Shown here: in pieces, positions 30,725 through 43,414 of the stretch | Position numbering within the stretch: position 1 is the first letter of the stretch | Layout of the letters: the number at the start of each line of letters is the position of its first letter | Assembly (NCBI GenBank): GCA_947371775.1 | Contig: CANBQX010000001.1 | Location: 1 to 53,403, forward strand | DNA: 53,403 nucleotides | Source of the DNA: Comamonadaceae bacterium | GTDB lineage: Bacteria > Pseudomonadota > Gammaproteobacteria > Burkholderiales > Burkholderiaceae_C | Direction: 5' to 3' | Notes under the pieces: model-generated | Told to the model about the DNA's origin: nothing | The model's input: only the letters and a program-made list of their open reading frames with translations | Databases searched by the model: none | Program-made: the position numbers and the translations under genes

Positions 30725-32935
30725 TCAATGGTCGAAGCGGGTGACGCCGTCCCAGTCGGCAGGCAGCACGGTTGCGTGGCGCTGCGCAATGCGGTCCAAG
30801 TAAAGCTGGGCAAGCGCCAAGCCGCCATAAGCCTGCACAAAGTACTCGAATTTCTCGGCGCTGGCGTCCCACTGTTGTGTGCGGAACTCCTGCAAGGCCT
30901 CGCTCCAGCGCTGGTGGTCGGCGCTGTGCGGACTGAAAACGATGGGGGCAAGGAAGTCGGTGTAAATCGTCACCGCCTCCTCTTTGCCTTTGACTTTGAC
31001 GCGGTCTACCTCGAGCAGGGGTATGCCGGGCAGCGCGCGCTGGGTGGCTTCGCCAATGAGGATGGCCACGCCGTAATGCTTGGTCAAGGATTCGAGGCGC
31101 GAGGCCAGGTTGACCGAATCGCCCATCACGGTATAAGAGCGACGCACGTTAGAGCCCATATCCCCCACGGTCATGGGCCCGGTGTTGATGCCCACACCAA
31201 ACTGCAGGCGCGGCCAGCCTTTGGCAGCAAAGCGTTCGTTGAGTGCTGGCAGCGCCTGCACCATGGCGCGCGCGCTCTGCAGTGCGTGTTGGGCATGGAG
31301 GCTGTCCGCCACCGGTGCGCCCCAAAAGGTCATGATGGCGTCGCCAATGTATTTGTCCAGCGTGCCCTCGTGGGAGCGGATCACCATGCTCATCTCGGTC
31401 AGGTACTCGTTGATCAAGAGCGCTAATTCTTTGGCCGGCAGTTTTTCAGAAATACTGGTAAAGCCCCGGATGTCGGAGAACAGCACGGTCAACACCTCCG
31501 CGCGGCCTTCCATGGAGTAGTGGCTGGGGTTCTGCGCCATTTTTTGCACCAGCTCGGGTGGCACGTACTGGCCAAACAAGTCTTGCATCTGCAGCTGAAT
31601 TTTCGCCGCCGCCAAGTAGTTGAACCACAGCTGTGTCAATGTGGGGGCGGCCAAGGCCAGACTGGGCGCAGCCAAGGGGACGATCCAGCGACCCTGGATC
31701 CAGGCCCACCATGCCGCGCCGAACAGCGCAGACAACAACAGCACCAGCAGCGTCACCGAGTGCAGCGGTCCGAGTCGCGGCAGTACAAAGTTGCCCAGCA
31801 CGAGCAGGCAGACGACCATCAGAATTTCAATCCACGGGGCTTGGGGTAGGGCTTTCGGAACGGTGCCGTCCATGATGCCGCTGACCATGTTGGCGTGAAT
31901 CTCCACGCCCGGGTACACCTCGCCCACCGGCGTGCTGCGCAAATCCAGCAGGCCCGAGGTGGAGGAGCCCACGATACCGATCAAGCCTTCCAAGGCGTGG
32001 GGGTCGACTTTTTTGTCCAGCACATCGGCAAGCGAGATATAGCGGTAGCTGCCTGCCACACCACGAAATGGAATCCAGGCCGAGCCATCAGGCATGAGCG
32101 GCACCTGCATGCCCGACAGGCTGAGAGACTGCAGGACCGGGCCATCGTGCAAATAGCGAGTGCCAAGCTTCAACTCCACCGGCTCAGACCCCGTGAGCAA
32201 ACGCACCAGGGCCAGCGATAGGGACTCAAAGTAATGGTCTTGGTATTCGGACAGTACCCAGGCCCGGCGCACCACGCCATCCGGGTCCAGCAGGCCTTGA
32301 AAGTGGCCAGCGGCTTGGTTTGCGTTTTGAAATTGCGCCAAGTTGCCGCCATACGAGGCCCACGGTGGCGCCAGGTTCAAGCCCGCCGGGGCGGCCATCA
32401 GGGGCACGGGCAGGGCGCCAGAAGGCGGTGTATTGGTGCGCTGGGTGAAGTAATAGCCCAGCACCACGGGGTACTTTTGCAGCGCCGCTTCAAACTGCGC
32501 ATCATTCGAGCCCGCAGGTCGGTAACTTGCCAAGGCCTGATCGATAGCGGTTTGGTGTTGGGGTGATGCTTTGGCAAATGCCTGCAGCGCCTGCAGCCCG
32601 TCAGACCGGTCGGACTCTGCGTGCACCACATCAAACCCGACCGCTGCCATGTGGTACTCGGTGAACAGCAGGTCCATCAGCTGGGCCAGACGGTCACGTC
32701 CCCAGGGCCAACGGCCGAGTCGGGGGTGGGCCAGGCTTTTTTCGTCGATATCCAAAATCACAATACGGGGGTCCACCTCGTTGATCAAGGTCGTACGCAC
32801 TCGCAGGTCGTACAGGCCCGCCTCCATGTGTTGGAGCCAGGGGCTGTTCCAAACGCCGCCCGCGTGAAGGAGCAGCGCCAAGCCGATGGCAAACCCGCTG
32901 ATCCACCGCAAGGCGGTCATGGAGAGTTGCGTCAC
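30725..32935 (-). CDS. CHASE2-domain class III adenylate cyclase
   Basis: CHASE2 (IVILDIDEKSL, WPWGR, DPDGVVRR, TPVGEVYPGVEIHA), 3 TM, cyclase motifs FSDIRGFT, DKYIGDAIM and YTVMGDSVNLASRLE, C-terminal WDGV tail. Confidence 0.93.
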   Translation of the reverse strand: MTQLSMTALRWISGFAIGLALLLHAGGVWNSPWLQHMEAGLYDLRVRTTLINEVDPRIVILDIDEKSLAHPRLGRWPWGRDRLAQLMDLLFTEYHMAAVGFDVVHAESDRSDGLQALQAFAKASPQHQTAIDQALASYRPAGSNDAQFEAALQKYPVVLGYYFTQRTNTPPSGALPVPLMAAPAGLNLAPPWASYGGNLAQFQNANQAAGHFQGLLDPDGVVRRAWVLSEYQDHYFESLSLALVRLLTGSEPVELKLGTRYLHDGPVLQSLSLSGMQVPLMPDGSAWIPFRGVAGSYRYISLADVLDKKVDPHALEGLIGIVGSSTSGLLDLRSTPVGEVYPGVEIHANMVSGIMDGTVPKALPQAPWIEILMVVCLLVLGNFVLPRLGPLHSVTLLVLLLSALFGAAWWAWIQGRWIVPLAAPSLALAAPTLTQLWFNYLAAAKIQLQMQDLFGQYVPPELVQKMAQNPSHYSMEGRAEVLTVLFSDIRGFTSISEKLPAKELALLINEYLTEMSMVIRSHEGTLDKYIGDAIMTFWGAPVADSLHAQHALQSARAMVQALPALNERFAAKGWPRLQFGVGINTGPMTVGDMGSNVRRSYTVMGDSVNLASRLESLTKHYGVAILIGEATQRALPGIPLLEVDRVKVKGKEEAVTIYTDFLAPIVFSPHSADHQRWSEALQEFRTQQWDASAEKFEYFVQAYGGLALAQLYLDRIAQRHATVLPADWDGVTRFDH

Positions 32936-34665
32936 TTGGCGAACCCGACGATGCCGCTGGCCGATGCGGTCAAAGGGTTGCTGGCCGATACCGGCAGCGC
33001 AGATGCCGTGTTGTTAAACACAAAGCCGGTCAAGACCCGGTTGCCGCCCGCCAGAAAACTGCCTGCGATCTGCGAGCCGTTGTTGTTGCGCACGGCCACG
33101 TTGTTGTAGCTTAATGCCAAGGCTGGGGTACCGGGGTTGCTGGGTGTGCCGGCACAGTTTTGCGTGCAGTTGTCCACTCGAAACTGTCCGTTTTGAATGG
33201 CCACGTTGGCATAGGAGGCGGTCCAAGTGGCTTCTTGCGCGGTGTTGGAGCCAGGGAAGAAGACAGTGAGGTTGGACGAGGCCAACAGTGCGCCGTAGTT
33301 GCTGGGTGCGGTACTGGTCGTTACCGTAAAACTGGCGTTGGTGTAAACGCCCGCGTTGCCATGGGTATCTATGGGATTGGTGCTAAGGATGGGGCTGTAG
33401 GTGAAGCTGCCCTGTGCAGGCAGTTCATTGGCGCCCAGTGGCTTGAAAAACGCGCTGTGCAGGTCTGCTGCGGGGTGGCTGGTACTGGTGGTGCCACGCG
33501 TTTGCACCAGCTGATCCACCGCGATGGTGCCCAGTGAAAAAAATTCGTCGGACGACAAATTCATGGACAACCAGTCTTGAACGGCTCGAGGATGGGTAGT
33601 GGTTTGCAGGTAGCTGTCAGTCGCCACGCTTTGGGAATTCGCGACAGTTTTTCCCGCAAGCCCGGTGAGTACGGTGCCGCTGTTGTCCAGGTAAATGGAC
33701 AGGGTGCTAAAGCTGTCTTGCGTCAGGCTGCGCGGGCGGGTCGGGTCGGTCGGTGCCACGATTTGCAGTCCACCATAACCCACCAACTTGTAGGTCGGAG
33801 GCGGTCCGGTGTCTGACACCGAGGGTGGAATGATGATGGGAATAGACGCCACGTTGATCGCTACGGCGGCGAAGTTTGAGGCTGCGATGTCTGCGGACGA
33901 AGTCGACGGAGCTGTTACGTCGGACGAGACCGACGTTCCATCTCCCGCGTCGCTGCTGTTGCCCGATGGCGCTCCAGCGTCTGTCACTGCGCCACTGGGG
34001 CCGGCCTTGGCCACTGCTTTTCTGCCCGGGGCATTGGAGGCCAGCAGCATCAGAGAAACCGGCGGACTGATTTTTTGCGGGAATTGTCCAGCACGAACTT
34101 GGATGGCTTCGCCCGCGTTGCTCAGAAGGGTGATGGTTTTTCCAGCGGCGTCCGTCGCGCTCACAGTGTGTTGGCCGGTGATCGTGTAGTTGACCGTGGT
34201 GTTATCGGACGCGACGTTGGTCACATTCCCAGTGCCTCGAATGCCGATGGTCGCCGTGGGTGTTTGGAATTTCACTGCGCTCGGCATCGCCTTACCCAGA
34301 TCGCCGGTAAACGACTTGAAGGTTCCTTCTTTGAGCGCAATCACGATGTCATTGCTGGCGTCGCCTTTGCTCTCTACGCGGTAGCGCTGGATTTCCAAAA
34401 TACTGGACGGCCGGATGTTCACAAACGCGCCGTCTTTCATTCGGAAATGCGCGGTACCGCTTTCACGACTCTCGAGTCGGTCGCCTTCATACAGTGCATT
34501 GCCTCGCGCCAGCTTGAGGGTTTCGGTGGCGCGCTTTGCGACCACCTCGCCGACGATAAATTCGACTTTCCCGGCAAGAATGGCCTGGGCACAGGCCAGG
34601 CCTTGCAAACCAGCAATCCCGACCAGCAACACCATTTTTTTCCAAGCATGCAGCCGACATGTCAT
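32932..34665 (-). CDS. Exported FecR-domain protein with S/T/A/P linker and beta-rich C-terminal domain
   Basis: Signal peptide; FecR-like EGDRLES...MKDGAFVNIRPSS...TPTATIGIRGT; low-complexity linker; C-terminal LPAQGSFTYS...GSFLAGG...SGIVGFAK. Confidence 0.82.
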   Translation of the reverse strand: MTCRLHAWKKMVLLVGIAGLQGLACAQAILAGKVEFIVGEVVAKRATETLKLARGNALYEGDRLESRESGTAHFRMKDGAFVNIRPSSILEIQRYRVESKGDASNDIVIALKEGTFKSFTGDLGKAMPSAVKFQTPTATIGIRGTGNVTNVASDNTTVNYTITGQHTVSATDAAGKTITLLSNAGEAIQVRAGQFPQKISPPVSLMLLASNAPGRKAVAKAGPSGAVTDAGAPSGNSSDAGDGTSVSSDVTAPSTSSADIAASNFAAVAINVASIPIIIPPSVSDTGPPPTYKLVGYGGLQIVAPTDPTRPRSLTQDSFSTLSIYLDNSGTVLTGLAGKTVANSQSVATDSYLQTTTHPRAVQDWLSMNLSSDEFFSLGTIAVDQLVQTRGTTSTSHPAADLHSAFFKPLGANELPAQGSFTYSPILSTNPIDTHGNAGVYTNASFTVTTSTAPSNYGALLASSNLTVFFPGSNTAQEATWTASYANVAIQNGQFRVDNCTQNCAGTPSNPGTPALALSYNNVAVRNNNGSQIAGSFLAGGNRVLTGFVFNNTASALPVSASNPLTASASGIVGFAK

Positions 34666-36056
34666 CTGAAATCCCTCCGGATGAAAACGCTGATTTCCCG
34701 CCGCTCAAACTCAAACAGCGGGATGTTGGAGCTGTTCTGGGACGCCATCATTTGGCCTTTGATGGACCAATCTGCACCCACAGCGATTTGTGCGCCGACG
34801 ACCCAATCGATGAGCGTGTCTTTGCCATATTCAACGTTCTGCTGCCCGCGCGCGAAGCTCGCGCCATCGTCTCGCATGGACCAACCCAGTCCAAAAAAGA
34901 GGTCTGCACGCTGCGGGCCATTGGTTTGTCCGAATACGCGCAAGCCCTGGGTGACTTTGCCAGGATTGTAGGTTTCGAGGGGTGCCAGGGCCGTGTCTTT
35001 GGCGTATTGGTAGGACACGCGCACAAATTGTCGGTCGTTGCGCAGGTTTTTCCACACCACACTCGCGCCCAGCTGCACTTGCTCGGTCTCCTGTGCCCTG
35101 AAATCAGGGACTTCGTTTTTGGCGTAGCTGGTAGAAAGTGCGGGCAGCAGCTCTCCACTGAGGGTTGGCCGGTATTCCGCCAAGATTCCCCAGGACTGCT
35201 TGTTGTTGGTGGTTTTGGGATCCGTCATGGATTCGCCTTCTTGAGCAAACTGCACCAGATTGAGCCCGAGACGGATGCTCGAATCGGCTTGTTCCCACAC
35301 GGATCCACCTGAGAAACTCAGGCTCATGGCATTGAATGCCTGGGCACTTGCGTAGTAATTGCGGCGCTGAGCCTCGGCGCTGGCATACAAAATCTGACCC
35401 GGCTGGTACCGATAACTCCCTTGAAGCCCAGCATTCCATCCTTGAAAAGGGGCAGGCTGCAACACGGAGTTCCCGATTGGGGGCGAGGCCTCCATACCCA
35501 GGTCACGAAACATCGGGTAAGTGTTCAGCAGCGCAGATTGGTAGCCCTCGGTTGAACTAATGGCCGACGACACATTGGAATCGTGGCCTATTTGGTACTC
35601 CAGGTATCCGGAGAGGTATTGCTTTTGCTTGGTTTGGCTTGCGTCAATCTGCTGTATTTGCTGCTGGATATCGGTTTTCAAGGACTCCGACACATCGAGT
35701 TCCAGTGCGCGCTTGAATTCTGTCTTGGCGAGGTCGAAGGCACCCAAGGCGTACAAAGCGCGCGCCGATTGAATGCGTGCCCCCGCGTGGCTAGGGTTGA
35801 TCGAAAGCACACGGTCAAAGGCCACCAAGGCCTCCTGGTAGTGCTGACTCAATGATGCGGCATAGCCGTACAGAAAATCGAACTCCACATCATCGACTTG
35901 CTCTTCGACCAAGGGCTGGAGTTGCTCGAAGGCGGCCTGCGCCTGGTGGGCCTTGAGCAGCTCACGTGCCTGCGTCAAATCCGCCGCGCCCGCCATGTGA
36001 CAGTACACAAGGCCTGCCGCAGCCAACAGGGGGGGCAGCCGTGGGTTGCGGTCCAT
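34662..36056 (-). CDS. TPR plus outer-membrane beta-barrel protein (Slam/DUF560-like)
   Basis: Signal peptide, TPRs (AFDRVLSINPSHAGARIQSARALYALG), GHDSNV at the barrel start, amphipathic strands, terminal EISVFIRRDFR; start placed at MDRNPRL. Confidence 0.78.
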   Translation of the reverse strand: MDRNPRLPPLLAAAGLVYCHMAGAADLTQARELLKAHQAQAAFEQLQPLVEEQVDDVEFDFLYGYAASLSQHYQEALVAFDRVLSINPSHAGARIQSARALYALGAFDLAKTEFKRALELDVSESLKTDIQQQIQQIDASQTKQKQYLSGYLEYQIGHDSNVSSAISSTEGYQSALLNTYPMFRDLGMEASPPIGNSVLQPAPFQGWNAGLQGSYRYQPGQILYASAEAQRRNYYASAQAFNAMSLSFSGGSVWEQADSSIRLGLNLVQFAQEGESMTDPKTTNNKQSWGILAEYRPTLSGELLPALSTSYAKNEVPDFRAQETEQVQLGASVVWKNLRNDRQFVRVSYQYAKDTALAPLETYNPGKVTQGLRVFGQTNGPQRADLFFGLGWSMRDDGASFARGQQNVEYGKDTLIDWVVGAQIAVGADWSIKGQMMASQNSSNIPLFEFERREISVFIRRDFR

Positions 36057-36117
36057 GAAGGGTCGCAGCGTGCGCAGGGCGATGAGGAGGGCAGCGGTCA
36101 CAGCAAATGGGTGGCGA

Positions 36118-36909
36118 TTACAGGGGCAAGCTTGCAATTTCTGCGGTGGTGAAGCCGGCCGCTTTTCGTGCGCTGATATTGAACGGAGGTTTCAGGGTGG
36201 GTGCATGGTAGCGCCGTGCGGCCTCGGGGTAGAAGGTGAGCGGGTCTACAGAGTCCCGTTTGCAAAGCCATTGGAACCAATGGTTGCCGATGGCCACGTG
36301 GCCCACTTCGTCGGCCAGGATGGTGTCAAGAATCGCCACGGCCGCCAGCGCCGCCGGTGTCGATACTTTGCGCAGCTTGGCCTGGATCAGCGGTGTGGCA
36401 TCCAAGCCCCGCGCTTCCAGGGTGCGCGGTACCAAGGCCATGCGCGCCAGCACATCGTCTTTGGTCGCTTCGCACATGGTCCACAGACCATCATGGGCCG
36501 TGAAGTCACCATAGGTGGTGCCCAAGGACTGCAGATGTTCTTGCAAGAGCCCAAAGTGCTTGGCCTCTTCCATTGCGACCCGAAGCCAATCGCGGTAATA
36601 AGTCTCGGGCATGCCCGCAAAGCGCCATACAGCGTCCAGCGCGAGGTTGATGGCATTGAACTCAATGTGGGCAATGGAGTGCGTCAACGCTGCGTGGCCT
36701 GCCGCGGTAAACGCAGAGCGGAGGGGCACCGAGCCGGGTTCCACCAAAAGGGGGTGCGCAGGGCGTCCGGGTGCAATGGGTGCGACAAAGGCGCGTTCGC
36801 AATCACAGGGCATGGCACTGCTTGACTGCCACAGTGCATGCACTGCAGCGGCTTTTTCCTGCGGATCGGTCAGCATAAATGCATCCTGTGCACAGTGTCG
36901 GAGTTCCAT
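36118..36909 (-). CDS. Ferritin-like DUF455 protein
   Basis: HSIAHIEFNAINLALDA, EEAKHF, LEARGLD and DEVGHV di-iron motifs; start placed at MELRHC. Confidence 0.9.
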   Translation of the reverse strand: MELRHCAQDAFMLTDPQEKAAAVHALWQSSSAMPCDCERAFVAPIAPGRPAHPLLVEPGSVPLRSAFTAAGHAALTHSIAHIEFNAINLALDAVWRFAGMPETYYRDWLRVAMEEAKHFGLLQEHLQSLGTTYGDFTAHDGLWTMCEATKDDVLARMALVPRTLEARGLDATPLIQAKLRKVSTPAALAAVAILDTILADEVGHVAIGNHWFQWLCKRDSVDPLTFYPEAARRYHAPTLKPPFNISARKAAGFTTAEIASLPL

Positions 36910-36955
36910 CCCTACAATTCTAGGGATGCAACAAGGTATTTCATGAGGATGGGCC

Positions 36956-37480
36956 ATGGCAATTTACGAGTTAGAACAAGTTTCCCCTACCCTGGCCGAC
37001 TCGGCTTGGGTGGCTGACAGCGCCCAGGTCATGGGCCGGGTGGACCTGGCCGCGGACACCAGCATATGGTTCGGTGTGGTCATCCGTGGCGACACCGAGA
37101 GCATCTCCATTGGCGAAGGCAGCAACATCCAGGATGGCAGCGTTTTGCATGCCGACATCGGCCAGCCCTTGCGCGTGGGTAAGCACGTGACCGTGGGCCA
37201 CAAGGTGATGTTGCACGGCTGCACCATTGGTGATGAGTCGCTCATTGGCATTGGTGCCATCGTGCTCAACGGCGCAAAAATCGGCAAAAACTGTTTGGTG
37301 GGCGCTGGCTCGCTGGTGACCGAGGGCAAGGAGTTTCCCGATGGATCGATGATCATGGGCACCCCGGCCAAAGTGGTGCGCAGTTTGAGCCCTGAGCAAA
37401 TCCAGGGCTTGAAGCTGAGTGCCCAGCACTACATCGAAAACGCCAAGCGCTTCAAATCCGCGCTGCACAAGATCGCCTGA
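36956..37480 (+). CDS. Gamma carbonic anhydrase family (YrdA-like)
   Basis: [13 protein letters not shown] and [10 protein letters not shown] hexapeptide repeats. Confidence 0.92.
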   Translation: MAIYELEQVSPTLADSAWVADSAQVMGRVDLAADTSIWFGVVIRGDTESISIGEGSNIQDGSVLHADIGQPLRVGKHVTVGHKVMLHGCTIGDESLIGIGAIVLNGAKIGKNCLVGAGSLVTEGKEFPDGSMIMGTPAKVVRSLSPEQIQGLKLSAQHYIENAKRFKSALHKIA

Positions 37481-37560
37481 TCTGAGGATTTATTTATTTT
37501 GCGGCTTGCCCGCAACCACCCCCCGCCAAGGGCAAACACTTGGCATTTACGGAGTAGTGC

Positions 37561-38550
37561 GTGTCTGAATTGCACAAGTTTATTTTTGACGGTTTGCCGG
37601 TGCGCGGCATTCTGGTTCGTCTCACCGACACATGGACCGAGGTGTTGCGTCGCCGTGCCTCCAACAGCGAGCACGGTCCTTACACAAGCTCCGTGCGCAC
37701 TATGCTGGGTGAGATGGTGGCGGCTGGCGTGTTGATGCAGTCCAGCATCAAGTTTGATGGCGCTTTAGTGTTGCAAATCATGGGCGACGGGCCGGTCAAG
37801 CTGGCGGTGGTCGAAGTGCAGTCCAACCTGGAGCTGCGCGCTACCGCCTCGGTGACACAGGTGGTGCCGGAGGGCGCTACGCTGAGCCAGATGGTCAATG
37901 TCAACAACCAGGGGCGCTGTGCGATCACGCTGGATCCGCAAACCAAGTTCCCCGGGCAGCAACCCTACCAAGGTGTGGTGCCGCTGTTTGACGACCACGG
38001 CAAGCCTATCGACAAGCTCAACGCGGTGCTGGAGCACTACATGCTGCAAAGCGAACAACTCGACACCACCCTGGTGCTGGCTGCGGACGAGCATGTGGCC
38101 GCGGGCCTGTTGATTCAGCGCCTGCCGGTGCAGGGCGAAGGCAATTTGTCAGGCAGCCTGGTGAGCAAAGACAATGAAGACCAGATCGGTTTGAACGAGC
38201 ACTACAACCGCATTGCCATTTTGGCCAGCAGCCTGCAGCGCGAGGAGTTACTGACCTTGGACGCCGACACCGTGCTGCGCCGTTTGTTTTGGGAAGAAAC
38301 GGTCACGCGCTTTGAGCCACAGCAGGGAGATGCCGCACCGCGTTTTGCCTGCAGCTGCAGCCGCGAGCGGGTGGCACGCATGATTGTGGGCCTGGGGGCC
38401 GATGAGGCGCACAGCATCTTGCAAGAACGCCCCAATATCGAGGTCGCCTGCGAGTTTTGCGGCGTGCAATACCACTTTGACCCGGTGGACACTGCACGCT
38501 TGTTTGTGCCCAGTACGCAGCAACTCGACGGCGGCGCTACGGCCCACTGA
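37561..38550 (+). CDS. hslO: Hsp33 redox-regulated chaperone
   Basis: YMLQSEQLDT, AGLLIQRLP and zinc centre CSCS...CEFC; GTG start with GGAG SD. Confidence 0.93.
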   Translation: MSELHKFIFDGLPVRGILVRLTDTWTEVLRRRASNSEHGPYTSSVRTMLGEMVAAGVLMQSSIKFDGALVLQIMGDGPVKLAVVEVQSNLELRATASVTQVVPEGATLSQMVNVNNQGRCAITLDPQTKFPGQQPYQGVVPLFDDHGKPIDKLNAVLEHYMLQSEQLDTTLVLAADEHVAAGLLIQRLPVQGEGNLSGSLVSKDNEDQIGLNEHYNRIAILASSLQREELLTLDADTVLRRLFWEETVTRFEPQQGDAAPRFACSCSRERVARMIVGLGADEAHSILQERPNIEVACEFCGVQYHFDPVDTARLFVPSTQQLDGGATAH

Positions 38551-39093
38551 TCAGGCGTTTTGGGGCGCTTTGCCTAGCAAAGCGCTGAACAGCTGGTGCT
38601 CACACTGTGCATCCGAGCATTTGTCGCACACCCATTGCCAGCGTGGCTGTCCCTCACCCAGGTCCCAGGAGCTGGGGCTTTCCCACTGTTCAATGGCAGC
38701 CAGAGCGCAGGCCAGGCGCTGATCGCCCCTCCCGTACACCACGCTGTAACGCAGACCATGGGCTTGCAACACCTCGCGCAAGCGGGCGTCCACTTGCTGC
38801 TGGATACCGCTATGGTCCTGTAGCAGATCCAAGCCCATCAACAGGGTGAGGTCACATTTCGCCTGCGCGGCGACTGCACCGGGCAAGAGCGACTTGTCCT
38901 GCAACGCGATGTCGTGTTGTACCGCCGCTACCAGTGCCGTGGCGTCAGCGATGGCATAGTCACACGCGGTGACCGCCCGTTCAGACGAGGTCAATACTTG
39001 GGCGCTATGCCCGCGCGTTTGCAGTGCCGCCTGCAGTGCTTGTGCCAGCCATGTTTTGCCAGTGCACGGGGCACCGAGCAGTGCAATTTTCAT
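38551..39093 (-). CDS. P-loop NTPase (AAA_28/NadR kinase-like) with C-terminal Cys/His motif
   Basis: KIALLGAPCTGKT Walker A, TLLMGLDL and WVCDKCSDAQCEH; start placed at MKIALL. Confidence 0.75.
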   Translation of the reverse strand: MKIALLGAPCTGKTWLAQALQAALQTRGHSAQVLTSSERAVTACDYAIADATALVAAVQHDIALQDKSLLPGAVAAQAKCDLTLLMGLDLLQDHSGIQQQVDARLREVLQAHGLRYSVVYGRGDQRLACALAAIEQWESPSSWDLGEGQPRWQWVCDKCSDAQCEHQLFSALLGKAPQNA

Positions 39094-39138
39094 GTGACAG
39101 TGCGCAGGCCGCGCGGCGGGCAAGCTTGCCGCAAGGGC

Positions 39139-39414
39139 TTATTTGCTGACTTGTACAAAAATCTCATTGGGCTTGACCATGCCCAATTCGGAGCGGGCCT
39201 TTTCTTCCACCATCTCCAAGCCTTCGCGCAAATCACGGATTTCAGCCTCGAGGCGGGCGTTGACCTGCGCGGCTTCGGCGTTATTGCGCTGTTGGGCCGC
39301 CAGCTCGCTGCCCAGACGGGCTACGTTGGGAAGGCTGCCGCGGCCAAACCACAGCTGGCCCTGCAAGACCAGCAGCAGCAAGAGCAGGGCAGCAGGAAGC
39401 AGTCGACGACCCAT
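39139..39414 (-). CDS. ftsB: Cell division protein FtsB
   Basis: TM-LWFGRGS, coiled coil, EEKARSELGMVKPNEIF; directly downstream of eno. Confidence 0.93.
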   Translation of the reverse strand: MGRRLLPAALLLLLLVLQGQLWFGRGSLPNVARLGSELAAQQRNNAEAAQVNARLEAEIRDLREGLEMVEEKARSELGMVKPNEIFVQVSK

Positions 39415-39422
39415 CACGGTGG

Positions 39423-40724
<1,302 letters not shown>

Positions 40725-40777
40725 TTAATGTCAAAAATCGGGTGTCGCCCAAAGCTGGGTGCGCTGTTGTACGTCGA

Positions 40778-43353
<2,576 letters not shown>

Positions 43354-43414
43354 CTACATTGCGCTCGGGGCACGGTTCGGCGCCCCGAATCTGATTTCGA
43401 CGAAGGCCAGGTGC

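Noticed and set aside
34580-34665. Lipoprotein signal on the FecR protein (QGLAC)
   Set aside because: Gly at -3 does not fit the lipobox, and an AxA signal peptidase I site (AQA) follows; SignalP would settle it
30227-36117. Intact tRNA-anchored genomic island or prophage
   Set aside because: No integrase, no phage or conjugation genes, and no repeat of the tRNA-Asp 3' end seen near 36060-36117
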